Shown here piece by piece: positions 12,004 to 22,880 of a stretch of 47,615 nucleotides of DNA. The notes under the pieces are model-generated. The model saw nothing but the letters and a program-made list of their open reading frames with translations, did no database searches and was not told the origin of the DNA. The stretch is taken from assembly GCA_964562815.1 (NCBI GenBank), contig CAZLUX010000006.1:1-47615 (forward strand). Reading direction: 5' to 3'. The stretch is from an uncultured Enterobacteriaceae bacterium. Lineage in GTDB: Bacteria; Pseudomonadota; Gammaproteobacteria; Burkholderiales; SG8-39. How positions within the stretch are numbered: position 1 is the first letter of the stretch; every line of letters begins with the position of its first letter. Both the position numbers and the translations under genes were made by a program.

Positions 12004-12341
12004 GCCGCATCGTGGTCGGAGCGCACTACGGCTGGCGCGACTGGCTGGCGCAGCGCGTCACCGCCGTGATCATGGCGCTCTACAGCGTGATCCTCGCGGC
12101 GGTCCTGCTGCTCGGCCAGCCGATCAATTACGACGTCTGGCATGGCCTCTTCGCACAGGGCTGGATGCGGGTGGCGACGCTGCTGTTCGCGGTCAGCGTC
12201 GCTTGGCACATGTGGATCGGCGTGCGCGACATCCTGATGGATTACGTCAAGCCGGTGGGGCTGCGGCTCGTGCTGCAGGTGTTGGTCGTCGTGGTGATCG
12301 CCGCCTACCTCGGCTGGACGGTCCAGATACTGTGGAGATGA
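11997..12341 (+). CDS. sdhD: succinate dehydrogenase hydrophobic membrane anchor subunit
   Basis: 114-aa membrane protein. The ATG overlaps the sdhC stop (ATGGTGA) and its own stop overlaps the sdhA ATG. Confidence 0.85.
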   Translation: MVSRIVVGAHYGWRDWLAQRVTAVIMALYSVILAAVLLLGQPINYDVWHGLFAQGWMRVATLLFAVSVAWHMWIGVRDILMDYVKPVGLRLVLQVLVVVVIAAYLGWTVQILWR

Positions 12342-14113
12342 GCGTGGCGCTTCAGGCCAGGAAGTTCGATGCGATCGTGGTGGGCGCCGGCGGATCGGGG
12401 CTGCGCGCCGCGCTCGAGCTCGCGCGCGCCGGCCTGCGCGTGGCGGTGCTGAGCAAGGTCTTCCCCACGCGCTCGCACACGGTCGCGGCGCAGGGCGGCA
12501 TCGCCGCGCCGCTCGGCAATTCATCCGAGGACCACTGGCACTGGCACATGTACGACACGGTGAAGGGGTCGGACTACCTCGGCGACCAGGATGCGATCGA
12601 GTACATGTGCCGCCGCGCCACCGAGGTGGTGATCGAGCTCGAGCACATGGGCATGCCCTTCGACCGGCTCGACAACGGCAGGATCTACCAGCGCCCTTTC
12701 GGCGGCCACACCCAGGACTACGGCAGCCCGAAGATGGCGATGCGGGCCTGCGCGGCGGCGGACCGCACCGGCCACGCGATGCTGCACACGCTGTACCAGC
12801 AGAACGTGAAGGCGAGCACGCAGTTCTTCGTCGAGTGGATGGCGCTCGACCTGATCCGCGACGCCGAGGGTGCGGTGCTGGGCGTGGTCGCGCTCGAGAT
12901 GGAGACAGGGGAGCCGATGATCCTGCAGGCCAAGGCGACCATCCTCGCCACCGGCGGCTCCGGACGCATGTTCCATTCCTCGACCAATGCGTTCATCAAC
13001 ACGGGCGACGGGCTGGGCATGGCGGCGCGCGCAGGCATACCGCTCGAGGACATGGAGTTCTACCAGTTTCATCCCACCGGCGTGTACGGCGCGGGGATCC
13101 TGATCACCGAGGGCGTGCGCGGCGAGGGCGGCTACCTGCTCAACAAGGACGGCGAGCGCTTCATGGAGCGCTACGCGCCGAACGCCAAGGACCTCGCCAG
13201 CCGCGACGTGGTGTCGCGCGCGATGGCGACCGAGATCAAGGAGGGGCGCGGCTGCGGCCCCGAGGCCGACCACGTCCTGCTCAAGCTCGACCACCTCGGC
13301 CCGGAAGTGATCAATCTGCGCCTGCCCGGAATCCGCGAGATCGCGATCAAGTTCGCCAACGCCGACCCGATCAAGGCCCCGATTCCCGTGGTGCCGACCG
13401 CGCACTACCAGATGGGCGGCATTCCCGCCAACCATCTCGGCCAGGTCGTCGCGCCGCGCAACGGAAACATGGAGGCGGTCGTGCCCGGTCTGTACGCGGT
13501 GGGCGAGTGCGCCTGCGTTTCGGTGCACGGCGCGAACCGTCTCGGCACCAACTCGCTGCTCGACTTGCTGGTGTTCGGCAAGGCCGGCGGCGAGCAGGCG
13601 ATCGTCGACATCCGAGGCATGGCGGCGTCGCACAAGGATCTGCCGAAAGATGCGGCTGACCGGTCGCTCGCGCGCCTCGCGCAGCTCGACTCGGGCACCG
13701 GCGGCGAGCGCGTGGCCGAGGTCGGCAACGACCTGAGGAAGACGATGCAGATGCACTGCGGGGTGTTCCGCTTCCCCGAGCTGCTGGTCGAAGGCGTGAA
13801 CAAGGTCAGGCAGATCGCCGCACGGGCGGAGCGCATCTCGATCGGGGACAAGTCGAAAGTGTTCAACACCGCGCGCATCGAGGCGCTCGAGCTCTACAAC
13901 CTGATCGAAGCGGCGACCGCGACCGTGGTGTCGGCCGAGGCGCGCAAGGAGAGCCGGGGCGCCCAGGCGCGGGCGGATTTTCCCGACCGCGACGACAAGA
14001 ACTGGATCAAGCACTCGCTCTGGTTCAAGGAGGGCGACCGGCTCGAGTACAAGCCGGTGCACCTCAAGCCGATGTCGGTGGAGACCTTCGAACCCAAGGT
14101 ACGGACTTACTGA
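12338..14113 (+). CDS. sdhA: succinate dehydrogenase flavoprotein subunit
   Basis: [23 protein letters not shown]-binding N-terminus and [11 protein letters not shown] (covalent FAD histidine region). 591 aa. Confidence 0.97.
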   Translation: MSVALQARKFDAIVVGAGGSGLRAALELARAGLRVAVLSKVFPTRSHTVAAQGGIAAPLGNSSEDHWHWHMYDTVKGSDYLGDQDAIEYMCRRATEVVIELEHMGMPFDRLDNGRIYQRPFGGHTQDYGSPKMAMRACAAADRTGHAMLHTLYQQNVKASTQFFVEWMALDLIRDAEGAVLGVVALEMETGEPMILQAKATILATGGSGRMFHSSTNAFINTGDGLGMAARAGIPLEDMEFYQFHPTGVYGAGILITEGVRGEGGYLLNKDGERFMERYAPNAKDLASRDVVSRAMATEIKEGRGCGPEADHVLLKLDHLGPEVINLRLPGIREIAIKFANADPIKAPIPVVPTAHYQMGGIPANHLGQVVAPRNGNMEAVVPGLYAVGECACVSVHGANRLGTNSLLDLLVFGKAGGEQAIVDIRGMAASHKDLPKDAADRSLARLAQLDSGTGGERVAEVGNDLRKTMQMHCGVFRFPELLVEGVNKVRQIAARAERISIGDKSKVFNTARIEALELYNLIEAATATVVSAEARKESRGAQARADFPDRDDKNWIKHSLWFKEGDRLEYKPVHLKPMSVETFEPKVRTY

Positions 14114-14808
14114 TGCGTTTCTCGATCTACCGCTACGACCCCGACAGGGATGCGCGTCCGCGCATGCAGGACTACGAGCTCAAGCTCGAGCCCACCGACC
14201 GCATGCTGCTCGATGCGCTGGTGCGCCTGAAGGCACAGGACGACTCGCTTTCGTTCCGCCGCTCCTGCCGCGAGGGGGTGTGCGGCTCGGACGCAATGAA
14301 CATCAACGGCAAGAATGGCCTGGCGTGCATCACCAAGATCGCGGACCTGCCCGAGAAGGTGACGCTGCGGCCTTTGCCGGGGCTGCCCGTGGTGCGCGAC
14401 CTGATCGTCGACATGACCCAGTTCTTCAACCAGTACCACTCGGTCAAGCCGTATCTGATCAACCACGACGCGCCGCCGGAGCGCGAGCGGCTGCAGTCGC
14501 CCGCCGAGCGCGAGGAGCTGAACGGGCTGTACGAATGCATCCTGTGCGCGTGCTGCTCGACTTCGTGCCCCTCGTTCTGGTGGAACCCCGACAAGTACGT
14601 CGGCCCGGCCGGCCTGCTGCAGGCCTACCGCTTCATCGCCGACACGCGCGACCAGGCAACCGGGGAACGTCTCGACAACCTCGACGATCCCTACCGCCTG
14701 TTCCGCTGCCACACGATCATGAATTGCACCGACGCCTGCCCGAAGAACCTCAATCCGGCGCAGGCGATCGGCAAGATCAAGGAGATGCTGGTTCGGCGCG
14801 CCGTGTGA
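14113..14808 (+). CDS. sdhB: succinate dehydrogenase iron-sulfur subunit
   Basis: [34 protein letters not shown] and [13 protein letters not shown] cluster motifs. Confidence 0.97.
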   Translation: MRFSIYRYDPDRDARPRMQDYELKLEPTDRMLLDALVRLKAQDDSLSFRRSCREGVCGSDAMNINGKNGLACITKIADLPEKVTLRPLPGLPVVRDLIVDMTQFFNQYHSVKPYLINHDAPPERERLQSPAEREELNGLYECILCACCSTSCPSFWWNPDKYVGPAGLLQAYRFIADTRDQATGERLDNLDDPYRLFRCHTIMNCTDACPKNLNPAQAIGKIKEMLVRRAV

Positions 14809-15047
14809 TGAACCGCATTGCGCATGACAGGCTGAAGTGGAAGTGCCGCCGCGGGCTGCTCGAGCTCGATCTGGTGCTCGACAGGTTCCTGGAGGACGGC
14901 GTGACCGCGATGGACGAGGCGGGGTTGAAGCGCTTCCACGAACTGCTCGACCTGCCGGACAACGAATTGTGGGACATCGTCAGCGGGCGCAGCGACGCTT
15001 ACGCCGCCGGCCTGCGAGATGTCGTCGCCCGCTTGCGGGCGTGTTGA
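14808..15047 (+). CDS. sdhE: FAD assembly factor SdhE (DUF339/YgfY family)
   Basis: 79 aa with the [17 protein letters not shown] motif (RGxxE). The ATG overlaps the sdhB stop. Confidence 0.8.
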   Translation: MNRIAHDRLKWKCRRGLLELDLVLDRFLEDGVTAMDEAGLKRFHELLDLPDNELWDIVSGRSDAYAAGLRDVVARLRAC

Positions 15048-15054
15048 TAAGGAG

Positions 15055-16350
15055 ATGACCTTGGACAAGAAAGCCACGCTGAAGCTGCCCGATGGCGGCA
15101 GCATCGACTTCCCGGTTCTGTCGGGATCCGTCGGACCCGACGTCGTGGATATCCGCGCCCTCTACGGCAAGACCGGCGTATTCACCTACGATCCGGGGTT
15201 CCTTTCGACCGCGAGCTGCGCCTCGACGATCACCTACATCGACGGCGACCAGGGAGTGCTGCTCTACCGCGGCTACCCGATCGACCAGCTCGCCGTGCAC
15301 TGCGACTTCCTCGAGGTGTGCTACCTGCTGCTCCGGGGCGAGCTGCCGAACCAGAAGCAGAAGGACGAGTTCGTCGGCATGGTGACCAAGCACACCATGG
15401 TGCACGACCAGATCAACCGCTTCTTCACCGGTTTCCGGCGCGACGCGCACCCGATGGCGGTGCTGGTCGGGGTGGTCGGCGCGCTGTCTGCCTTCTACCA
15501 CGACTCGCTCGACATCACGGACCAGCGTCACCGCGAGGTCGCGGCGTTCAGGCTGATCGCCAAGCTGCCCACGCTGGTGGCGATGGCCTACAAGTACAAC
15601 ATGGGGCAGCCGTTCGTCTATCCGCGCAACGACCTGTCGTACACGGCGAATTTCATGCGCATGATGTTCGCCGTGCCGGCCGAGGAGTACAAGATCAACG
15701 ACGTGCTGGTGCGCGCGCTCGACCGCATCTTCATCCTGCACGCGGACCACGAGCAGAACGCCTCGACCTCGACGGTGCGGCTCTCGGGCTCTTCCGGCGC
15801 CAACCCGTTCGCCTGCATCGCGGCGGGAATCGCCTGCCTTTGGGGGCCGGCGCACGGCGGCGCCAACGAGGCCGCGCTGCAGATGCTCGATCACATCCAC
15901 GACGTGTCCAAGATCGGCGAGTTCATCAAGCAGGTGAAGGACAAGAACTCGGGGGTCAAGCTGATGGGCTTCGGCCACCGCGTCTACAAGAATTACGATC
16001 CGCGCGCCAAGCTGATGCGCGAGACCTGCTACGAGGTGCTCGAGGAGCTGGGGCTGCACGATGACCGTCTGTTCAAGCTGGCGATGGCGCTGGAGAAGAT
16101 CGCGCTCGAGGACGACTATTTCGTCTCGCGCAAGCTCTACCCCAACGTGGACTTCTATTCCGGGATCGTGCAACGCGCGCTGGGCATCCCGGTGAGCATG
16201 TTCACCTGCATCTTCTCGCTTGCCCGCACCGTGGGCTGGATCGCGCAGTGGAACGAGATGATCGTCGATCCGGACCAGAAGATCGGCCGGCCGCGTCAGC
16301 TCTACAAGGGCGCGACGCGCCGCGAAGTGCAGCCGATCGGCAAGAGGTAA
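15055..16350 (+). CDS. gltA: citrate synthase (type II)
   Basis: [37 protein letters not shown]... matches hexameric GltA N-termini and carries [15 protein letters not shown] preferred this start over the track ATG at 15019, which overlaps sdhE. Confidence 0.93.
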   Translation: MTLDKKATLKLPDGGSIDFPVLSGSVGPDVVDIRALYGKTGVFTYDPGFLSTASCASTITYIDGDQGVLLYRGYPIDQLAVHCDFLEVCYLLLRGELPNQKQKDEFVGMVTKHTMVHDQINRFFTGFRRDAHPMAVLVGVVGALSAFYHDSLDITDQRHREVAAFRLIAKLPTLVAMAYKYNMGQPFVYPRNDLSYTANFMRMMFAVPAEEYKINDVLVRALDRIFILHADHEQNASTSTVRLSGSSGANPFACIAAGIACLWGPAHGGANEAALQMLDHIHDVSKIGEFIKQVKDKNSGVKLMGFGHRVYKNYDPRAKLMRETCYEVLEELGLHDDRLFKLAMALEKIALEDDYFVSRKLYPNVDFYSGIVQRALGIPVSMFTCIFSLARTVGWIAQWNEMIVDPDQKIGRPRQLYKGATRREVQPIGKR

Positions 16351-16355
16351 GCGCG

Positions 16356-19190
16356 ATGATGAAGCAGCTGCTCGCCAATTCCTACCTGTTCGGCGGCAAC
16401 GCCCCGTTCATCGAGGAGCTGTACGAGCAGTATCTCGCCAATCCGGCCGCGGTGCCCGAGGGGTGGCGGGACTATTTCGACCAGATGCAGCTGATGCCGG
16501 ACGCGGCGGGCAGCGCCGGCAGGGACGTGGCGCACGCGCCGGTGATCGAGTCCTTCGTGCAGCGCGCCAAGAGCGGTGCGCTCGCCGGGCGAGCAGTACC
16601 GCAGATCGACGCCGCCCACGAGCGTCTGCAGGTGGCCGCCCTGCTGCTGGTCACGGCCTACCGCATCGCCGGCTCGCGCTGGGCAACCCTCGATCCGCTC
16701 AAGCGCATGCCGCGTCCGCAGGTGCCCGAGCTCGAGGCGGGCTACTACGACCTGAGCGAGGCCGACCTCGACCGCGAGGTCAGCGCCGGCTCGTTCGTCG
16801 GCCTGGACCGCACTTCGCTCCGGAACCTGATCCATGCGCTGCGCGACACCTACTGCGGCAACATCGGCTTCGAATACATGTTTATCGGCGAGCGGGCGCA
16901 GCGCGACTGGATCCAGCAGCGCGTGGAGTCGGTCCGGGCGACGCCGCAGTACACGCCGGAGGTGCAGAAGCGCCTGCTGCAGAAGCTGACCGAGGCCGAG
17001 CTGCTCGAGCGCTACCTGCATACGCGCTATGTGGGGCAGAAGCGCTTTTCGCTCGAGGGCGGCGAGAGCCTGATCCCTTCCATCGACGAGCTGATCCAGC
17101 GCGCGGGCGCGGCGGGCGTGCAGGAGATCGTGATCGGCATGGCCCACCGCGGGCGGCTGAACGTGCTGGTCAACGTGCTCGGCAAGATGCCGCAGGAGCT
17201 GTTTCAGGAGTTCGAAGGCAAGCACGCGCACGAGCTGCCGATGGGGGACGTGAAGTACCACAACGGCTTCTCGTCGGACATTTCGACCGGCGGCGGGCCG
17301 GTCCACATTTCGCTCGCCTTCAACCCGTCGCACCTCGAGATCGTCAACCCCGTGGTCGAGGGCTCGGTGCGCGCTCGCCAGCGCCGCCGCGACGACAAGA
17401 ACGGCGACCAGGTGCTGCCGATCCTGATCCACGGCGACGCCGCCTTCGCCGGGCAGGGTGTGGTGATGGAGACGCTCAACCTCTCCGGCACTCGCGGTTT
17501 CGGCACCGGCGGAACGGTGCACATCGTGGTGAACAACCAGATCGGCTTCACCACCTCGGATCCGCGCGACGCACGCTCGACGATCTACTGCACCGACGTC
17601 GCGAAGATGGTCGAGGCGCCGATCTTCCACGTCAACGGCGACGATCCGGAGGCGGTGCTGTACGTCACCCAGATGGCGCTCGACTTCCGGCAGCAGTTCA
17701 AGAAGGACGTGGTGATCGACCTGGTGTGCTTCCGCAAGCTCGGCCACAACGAGCAGGACGAGCCGTTCATCACGCAGCCGCTGATGTACCAGAAGATCTC
17801 CCAGCATCCGGGCACGCGCAAGCTCTACGCGGACAAGCTGGCGACGCTGGGCGTGGTCGAGTCCGGGGACGCGGAGGCGATGATCAAGCAGTACCGCGCC
17901 GACCTCGACGAAGGCAAGCGCATCGGCAACCCGGTGATCTCGAACTTCAGGAGCAAGTTCGCGGTCGACTGGGCGCCGTATCTGAACACCAAGTGGACCG
18001 ACGCCGCCGACACCCACGTTCCGCTGGCCGAGCTGCAGCGACTGGCCGAGCGCGTCACCAGCGTGCCCGAGGGGTTCAGGGTGCACCCTACGGTGGAGCG
18101 CGTGCTGAATGCGCGGCGGCAGATGGCCGAGGGCAAGCTCCCGGTCGACTGGGGCATGGCCGAGACGCTCGCCTACGCCTCGCTGGTGTCGAACGGCTAC
18201 GACGTGCGCCTGTCCGGGCAGGACTCCGCTCGCGGAACGTTCGCCCACCGGCATTCCGTGCTGCACGATCAGGACCGCGAGCGCTGGGACGCGGGCACCT
18301 ACGTGCCGCTGCAGAACATCTCGAAGGACCAGGGCTCGTTCGTGGTGATCGACTCGGTGCTCTCCGAAGAGGCGGTGCTCGGTTTCGAGTACGGATTCTC
18401 GACCGCCGAGCCGAACGCGCTGGTGATCTGGGAGGCGCAGTTCGGCGACTTCGCCAACGGCGCCCAGGTCGTGGTCGACCAGTTCATCAGCTCGGGCGAG
18501 GCAAAGTGGGGCCGGGTCTGCGGGCTGGCGATGTTCCTGCCGCACGGCTACGAGGGCCAGGGCCCCGAGCACTCGTCGGCGCGGCTGGAGCGCTATCTGC
18601 AGCTGTGCGCGGAGCACAACATGCAGGTCTGCGTGCCGTCCAACGCCTCGCAGATCTTCCATCTGCTCAGGCGCCAGATGCTGCGCCCGTTCAGGAAGCC
18701 CCTGGTCGTGCTCACGCCCAAGTCGCTGCTGCGCAAGAAGGAGGCGTCGGTGCCGATCAAGGACCTGGCCGACGGCTCGTTCCTGACCGTGATGCCCGAA
18801 ATCGACGCGCTCGACCCCAAGGCCGTCACGCGCATCATCGCCTGCTGCGGCAAGGTCTATTACGACCTGCTGTCCGCCCGGCGCGAGCGGCGGCTGGACC
18901 ACGTCGCGATCATCCGGGTCGAGCAGCTGTATCCGTTTCCGCACAAGCCGTTCGCGGCGGAGATGAAGCGCTACGCGAATGCGCGGGAGGTCGTCTGGTG
19001 CCAGGAGGAGCCGCAGAACCAGGGCGCCTGGTACGAGACCGCGCACTACTTCGCCGAGAACATGCGCAGCGACCAGAAGCTGCACTACGCGGGACGGCCG
19101 GCGACTGCTGCGCCCGCAGGAGGGTACCTGACCAAGCACAACGCGCGCCAGGCGGCATTGGTCGACATGGCGTTCGGCAAGTTCAAATAA
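16356..19190 (+). CDS. sucA: 2-oxoglutarate dehydrogenase E1 component
   Basis: MMKQLLANSYLFGGNAPFIEELYEQYL N-terminus, a 944-aa length, and ThDP-binding region motifs. Confidence 0.97.
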   Translation: MMKQLLANSYLFGGNAPFIEELYEQYLANPAAVPEGWRDYFDQMQLMPDAAGSAGRDVAHAPVIESFVQRAKSGALAGRAVPQIDAAHERLQVAALLLVTAYRIAGSRWATLDPLKRMPRPQVPELEAGYYDLSEADLDREVSAGSFVGLDRTSLRNLIHALRDTYCGNIGFEYMFIGERAQRDWIQQRVESVRATPQYTPEVQKRLLQKLTEAELLERYLHTRYVGQKRFSLEGGESLIPSIDELIQRAGAAGVQEIVIGMAHRGRLNVLVNVLGKMPQELFQEFEGKHAHELPMGDVKYHNGFSSDISTGGGPVHISLAFNPSHLEIVNPVVEGSVRARQRRRDDKNGDQVLPILIHGDAAFAGQGVVMETLNLSGTRGFGTGGTVHIVVNNQIGFTTSDPRDARSTIYCTDVAKMVEAPIFHVNGDDPEAVLYVTQMALDFRQQFKKDVVIDLVCFRKLGHNEQDEPFITQPLMYQKISQHPGTRKLYADKLATLGVVESGDAEAMIKQYRADLDEGKRIGNPVISNFRSKFAVDWAPYLNTKWTDAADTHVPLAELQRLAERVTSVPEGFRVHPTVERVLNARRQMAEGKLPVDWGMAETLAYASLVSNGYDVRLSGQDSARGTFAHRHSVLHDQDRERWDAGTYVPLQNISKDQGSFVVIDSVLSEEAVLGFEYGFSTAEPNALVIWEAQFGDFANGAQVVVDQFISSGEAKWGRVCGLAMFLPHGYEGQGPEHSSARLERYLQLCAEHNMQVCVPSNASQIFHLLRRQMLRPFRKPLVVLTPKSLLRKKEASVPIKDLADGSFLTVMPEIDALDPKAVTRIIACCGKVYYDLLSARRERRLDHVAIIRVEQLYPFPHKPFAAEMKRYANAREVVWCQEEPQNQGAWYETAHYFAENMRSDQKLHYAGRPATAAPAGGYLTKHNARQAALVDMAFGKFK

Positions 19191-19290
19191 GAGACATTCA
19201 GGGATCAGCCCGGCGCGTTGCGCGCTGGTTTTTCGTCAACCTGGGCGAGGTTTGGCCGGACCCGGGTGAAAAATCGAACGGGAGCAAGCA

Positions 19291-20538
19291 GTGATCATCG
19301 AAGTCAAGGTGCCGCAGCTGTCGGAGTCGGTCTCCGAGGCGACGCTGCTCGAATGGCACAAGAAGGAAGGCGAGGCGGTGTCGCGGGACGAGAACCTGAT
19401 CGACATCGAGACCGACAAGGTCGTGATGGAGCTGCCGGCCCCCGCCGACGGCGTCCTCACCAAGATCATGAAGGCGGACCGCGTCTCGGTGGTCGCGGGC
19501 GAGGTGATCGCCACCATCGACACCGACGCCAAGCCCGCCGCGGGCGCGGCGGCCAAGCCGGAGGCCCCCGCGGCGCCGCCGCCCGCGCCGCCGCGCGAAG
19601 CGCCGCCCGTCATGCCCGCCGCCCAGAAGCTGGCGGCGGAGCAGGGCATCGACCCCGGCAAGATCCAGGGCAGCGGCCTCGGCGGGCGCGTCACCAAGGG
19701 CGACGTCCTGGCGCACGTCGGCAAGCCGGCCTCGTACGCCGGCGCGGCCCCCGCCGCGCCACCGGGCCCGGCGCCGGCGGCGAAGAGCGGCCTGCCGCAG
19801 CCGGCCGCGCCGGTGAACGTCGAGCGGCTGCTCGGCAACCGGCCCGAGCAGCGGGTGCCGATGTCGCGCCTGCGCGCGCGCATCGCCGAGCGCCTGGTGG
19901 AGTCGCAGTCGACCGCAGCGATCCTGACGACCTTCAACGAGGTCAACATGCAGCCGGTGATGGACTTGCGCAAGAAGTACCAGGAGCGCTTCGAGAAGGA
20001 GCACGGCGTGCGGCTGGGCTTCATGTCCTTCTTCGTCAAGGCCTCCGTCGCCGCGCTGAAGAAGTTCCCGGTGGTGAACGCCTCGATCGACGGCAACGAC
20101 ATCGTCTACCACGGCTACTTCGATATCGGGATCGCCGTCGGCAGCCCGCGAGGCCTGGTGGTGCCGATCCTGCGCGACGCGGACGAATTGTCGTTCGCCG
20201 CGATCGAGAAGAAGATCGCCGAGTTCGGCAAGCGCGCCCAGGACGGCAAGCTCGGCATCGAGGAGCTTTCCGGAGGCACGTTCTCGATCTCCAACGGCGG
20301 CGTGTTCGGCTCGATGCTGTCGACGCCGATCATCAACCCGCCGCAGTCCGCGATCCTCGGCGTCCACGCGACCAAGGAGCGTCCGGTGGTCGAGAACGGC
20401 CAGATCGTGGTGCGGCCGATGAACTACCTGGCGCTGTCCTACGACCATCGCATCGTCGACGGTCGCGAGGCGGTCCTGTTCCTGGTCGCGATCAAGGACG
20501 CGCTCGAGGACCCGGCGCGCCTGGTGCTGGAGATCTAG
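19291..20538 (+). CDS. sucB: dihydrolipoyllysine-residue succinyltransferase (E2o)
   Basis: GTG start. It has a lipoyl domain ([13 protein letters not shown]), an Ala/Pro linker, and a catalytic [11 protein letters not shown] motif. Confidence 0.95.
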   Translation: MIIEVKVPQLSESVSEATLLEWHKKEGEAVSRDENLIDIETDKVVMELPAPADGVLTKIMKADRVSVVAGEVIATIDTDAKPAAGAAAKPEAPAAPPPAPPREAPPVMPAAQKLAAEQGIDPGKIQGSGLGGRVTKGDVLAHVGKPASYAGAAPAAPPGPAPAAKSGLPQPAAPVNVERLLGNRPEQRVPMSRLRARIAERLVESQSTAAILTTFNEVNMQPVMDLRKKYQERFEKEHGVRLGFMSFFVKASVAALKKFPVVNASIDGNDIVYHGYFDIGIAVGSPRGLVVPILRDADELSFAAIEKKIAEFGKRAQDGKLGIEELSGGTFSISNGGVFGSMLSTPIINPPQSAILGVHATKERPVVENGQIVVRPMNYLALSYDHRIVDGREAVLFLVAIKDALEDPARLVLEI

Positions 20539-20541
20539 CCC

Positions 20542-21969
20542 ATGCAAACCTTCGACGTCGTCGTCATCGGAGCCGGCCCGGCCGGCTACATCGCCGCGAT
20601 CCGCGCAGCGCAGCTTGGCCTGTCCACGGCCTGCATCGACAAGTGGAAGGAGCCCGACGGCAAGTACGCGCTGGGGGGCACCTGCCTCAACGTGGGTTGC
20701 ATTCCGTCCAAGGCGCTGCTCGAGTCGTCGGAGAACTACGAGCGCGTGCAGCACCGCTTCAAGGTGCACGGCATCACCGCGACGGGGGTCAAGCTCGACC
20801 TCGCGGCGATGCTCGAGAGGAAGGAGCACATCGTCAAGAAGATGACCGGCGGCATCGCCGGGCTGTTCAAGAAGAACAAGGTGACCTGGCTGCAAGGCCA
20901 CGGCCGGCTGCTGCAGGGCGGCACCACCTGGAAGCTCGAGGTCGAGGGCGACAAGGGCGCCGAGACGGTCGAGGCGAAGAACGTGATCATCGCGACCGGC
21001 TCGAAGCCGCGCCATCTGCCGGGGGTGCCCGTGGACAACAAGCTGGTGTGCGACAACGAGGGCGCGCTCTCCTTCAGCGCGGTGCCCGGGCGCCTCGGCG
21101 TGATCGGCGCCGGCGTGATCGGGCTCGAGCTCGGCAGCGTCTGGCGGCGGCTCGGCGCCAAGGTGAGGATCCTCGAGGCGCTGCCCGAGTTCCTCGGCGC
21201 GGCCGACGAGTCCATCGCCCAGGAGGCGTGGAAGATCTTCACCGCCGAGCAAGCGCTCGAGATCGAGCTCGGGGTCAAGATCGGCGACGTGAAGCAATCG
21301 AAGAAAGGTATTACAGTTCAATACACTACGTCAGATAATTCAAGCAAAACCTTGGAATGCGACCGGCTCGTCGTGTCGATCGGCCGGGTGCCCAATACCG
21401 ACGGCCTGGGCGCCGAGAACGTCGGCCTCAAGATCGATTCGCGCGGCTTCATCGAGGTGGACAAGAACTGCCGCACGGCGCTGCCGCGCGTGTACGCGAT
21501 CGGCGACGTCGTGCGCGGCCCGATGCTCGCTCACAAGGGCGAGGACGAAGGCGTGATGGTCGCCGAGATCATCGCCGGGCAGCGCGGGCACGTGAACTAC
21601 GACGCCATCCCGTGGGTGATGTACACCGCGCCCGAGATCGCCTGGGTCGGCAAGACCGAGCGCCAGCTCAAGGAGGAGGGCGTCGCCTACCGGGCAGGCA
21701 GGTTCCCCTTCGCCTACAACGGGCGCGCGCTCGGGCGCGACGAGCCCGAGGGCTTCATCAAGATGCTCGCCGACGCCAAGACCGACCGCATTCTCGGCGT
21801 CCACGCGATCGGCGGGCAGGCCTCCGAGCTGATCGCCGAGGCGGTGGTGGCGATGGAGTTCGGCGCGAGCTCGGAAGACCTGGCGCGCATCTGCCACGCC
21901 CACCCGTCGATGTCGGAGGTGATGCGCGAGGCGGCGCTTGCCGTCGACAAGCGCAGCCTGAACGGCTGA
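20542..21969 (+). CDS. lpdA: dihydrolipoyl dehydrogenase (E3)
   Basis: [14 protein letters not shown] motif, redox-active [13 protein letters not shown], and C-terminal HAHPSMSE. Confidence 0.95.
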   Translation: MQTFDVVVIGAGPAGYIAAIRAAQLGLSTACIDKWKEPDGKYALGGTCLNVGCIPSKALLESSENYERVQHRFKVHGITATGVKLDLAAMLERKEHIVKKMTGGIAGLFKKNKVTWLQGHGRLLQGGTTWKLEVEGDKGAETVEAKNVIIATGSKPRHLPGVPVDNKLVCDNEGALSFSAVPGRLGVIGAGVIGLELGSVWRRLGAKVRILEALPEFLGAADESIAQEAWKIFTAEQALEIELGVKIGDVKQSKKGITVQYTTSDNSSKTLECDRLVVSIGRVPNTDGLGAENVGLKIDSRGFIEVDKNCRTALPRVYAIGDVVRGPMLAHKGEDEGVMVAEIIAGQRGHVNYDAIPWVMYTAPEIAWVGKTERQLKEEGVAYRAGRFPFAYNGRALGRDEPEGFIKMLADAKTDRILGVHAIGGQASELIAEAVVAMEFGASSEDLARICHAHPSMSEVMREAALAVDKRSLNG

Positions 21970-22013
21970 AGGGCTTGCGGTTGCGCCGAGCCCCCGCCGC
22001 GACCGTTCGCGGC

Positions 22014-22880
22014 ATGCTGTGGATGATGCTCGCGGGCGCGATGTTCATCGTGCTCAACACGATGATGAAGCGCCTCGCCGGCGAGCTCGACCCCTGGCTG
22101 GTGGGCCTGCTGCGCTACGCGATCGGCGCGGCGGTGATTGCCACGGCGACCCTGCGGCTGGGTCCGCGCTCGCTGTGGCCGCGGGCGCCGCGGTTGCAGT
22201 TCGTGCGCGGCCTGTTCCACGCCGGCGGCATGACCCTGTGGTTCGCCGCGCTGCCCAAAGTGAGCCTGACCGCGCTCACCGCGATCGCCTTCAGCGGCCC
22301 GATCTTCATCTGCCTCGGCGCGGTCCTGTTCCTGCGCGAGCGCATGACCGGCGCGCGCTGGGCCGCGGTGCTGGTGGGGTTCGGCGGCGTGCTGCTGGTG
22401 CTCGATCCCGGCACGGGCGCCGGATTCGCCGGCGTCTCGGCCGGGATGCTGCTGATGCTCGCGTCCCAGCCCGTTTTCGCCGGTTCCTACCTCGTGGCCA
22501 AGGCGCTCTCCGCGCGCGAGCGCTCGGAGGTGATCGTGCTGTGGCAGCACCTGTGGGTCGTGGCGCTGCTCGCGCCGCTCGCATTGCCGCACTGGACCCC
22601 GCCCGACGCGACGCAGTGGGTCCTGTTCGTGGCCTGCGGCTTCTTCGGCGCCGGCGGCCACTACTGCATGATGCGAGCCTTCCGCGTGGCCGACATCTCG
22701 GCGGTGCAGACGGTCAAGTTCCTCGAGCTGGTGTGGGCGGCGATCCTCGGCTTCCTCGTATTCGGCAGCGTCCCGGCGGGCGGCACGGTGCTCGGCGGCG
22801 CGGTGATCCTGGCCAGCACCCTGCTGCTCGCGCGGCACGAGTCGCGTGCGGCGCGGCCGCAGCAGGAGCGCGCGGCGTGA
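22014..22880 (+). CDS. DMT superfamily transporter (EamA-like)
   Basis: About 10 hydrophobic segments in two EamA-like halves. I used the ATG at 22014; in-frame TTG codons at 21975 and 21981 are possible earlier starts. Confidence 0.78.
   Translation: MLWMMLAGAMFIVLNTMMKRLAGELDPWLVGLLRYAIGAAVIATATLRLGPRSLWPRAPRLQFVRGLFHAGGMTLWFAALPKVSLTALTAIAFSGPIFICLGAVLFLRERMTGARWAAVLVGFGGVLLVLDPGTGAGFAGVSAGMLLMLASQPVFAGSYLVAKALSARERSEVIVLWQHLWVVALLAPLALPHWTPPDATQWVLFVACGFFGAGGHYCMMRAFRVADISAVQTVKFLELVWAAILGFLVFGSVPAGGTVLGGAVILASTLLLARHESRAARPQQERAA

Noticed and set aside
15019-15054. Upstream ATG for gltA given by the ORF track
   Set aside because: It would overlap sdhE by 29 nt and add [12 protein letters not shown], which does not resemble citrate synthase N-termini. 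[11 protein letters not shown] from 15055 does. The Shine-Dalgarno spacing at 15055 is unusually tight, so some doubt remains.
16302-19139. 945-aa ORF antisense to sucA, and the 943-aa alternative-frame ORF at 16463-19294
   Set aside because: Both are low-complexity Arg/Ala/Gly/Pro-rich translations wholly overlapping the strongly supported sucA CDS. Neither has start-site signals.
19198-21338. Pair of roughly 706-aa ORFs (both strands) over sucB/lpdA
   Set aside because: These are spurious for the same reason. The minus-strand one merely starts at a TTG inside the AT-rich lpdA patch.
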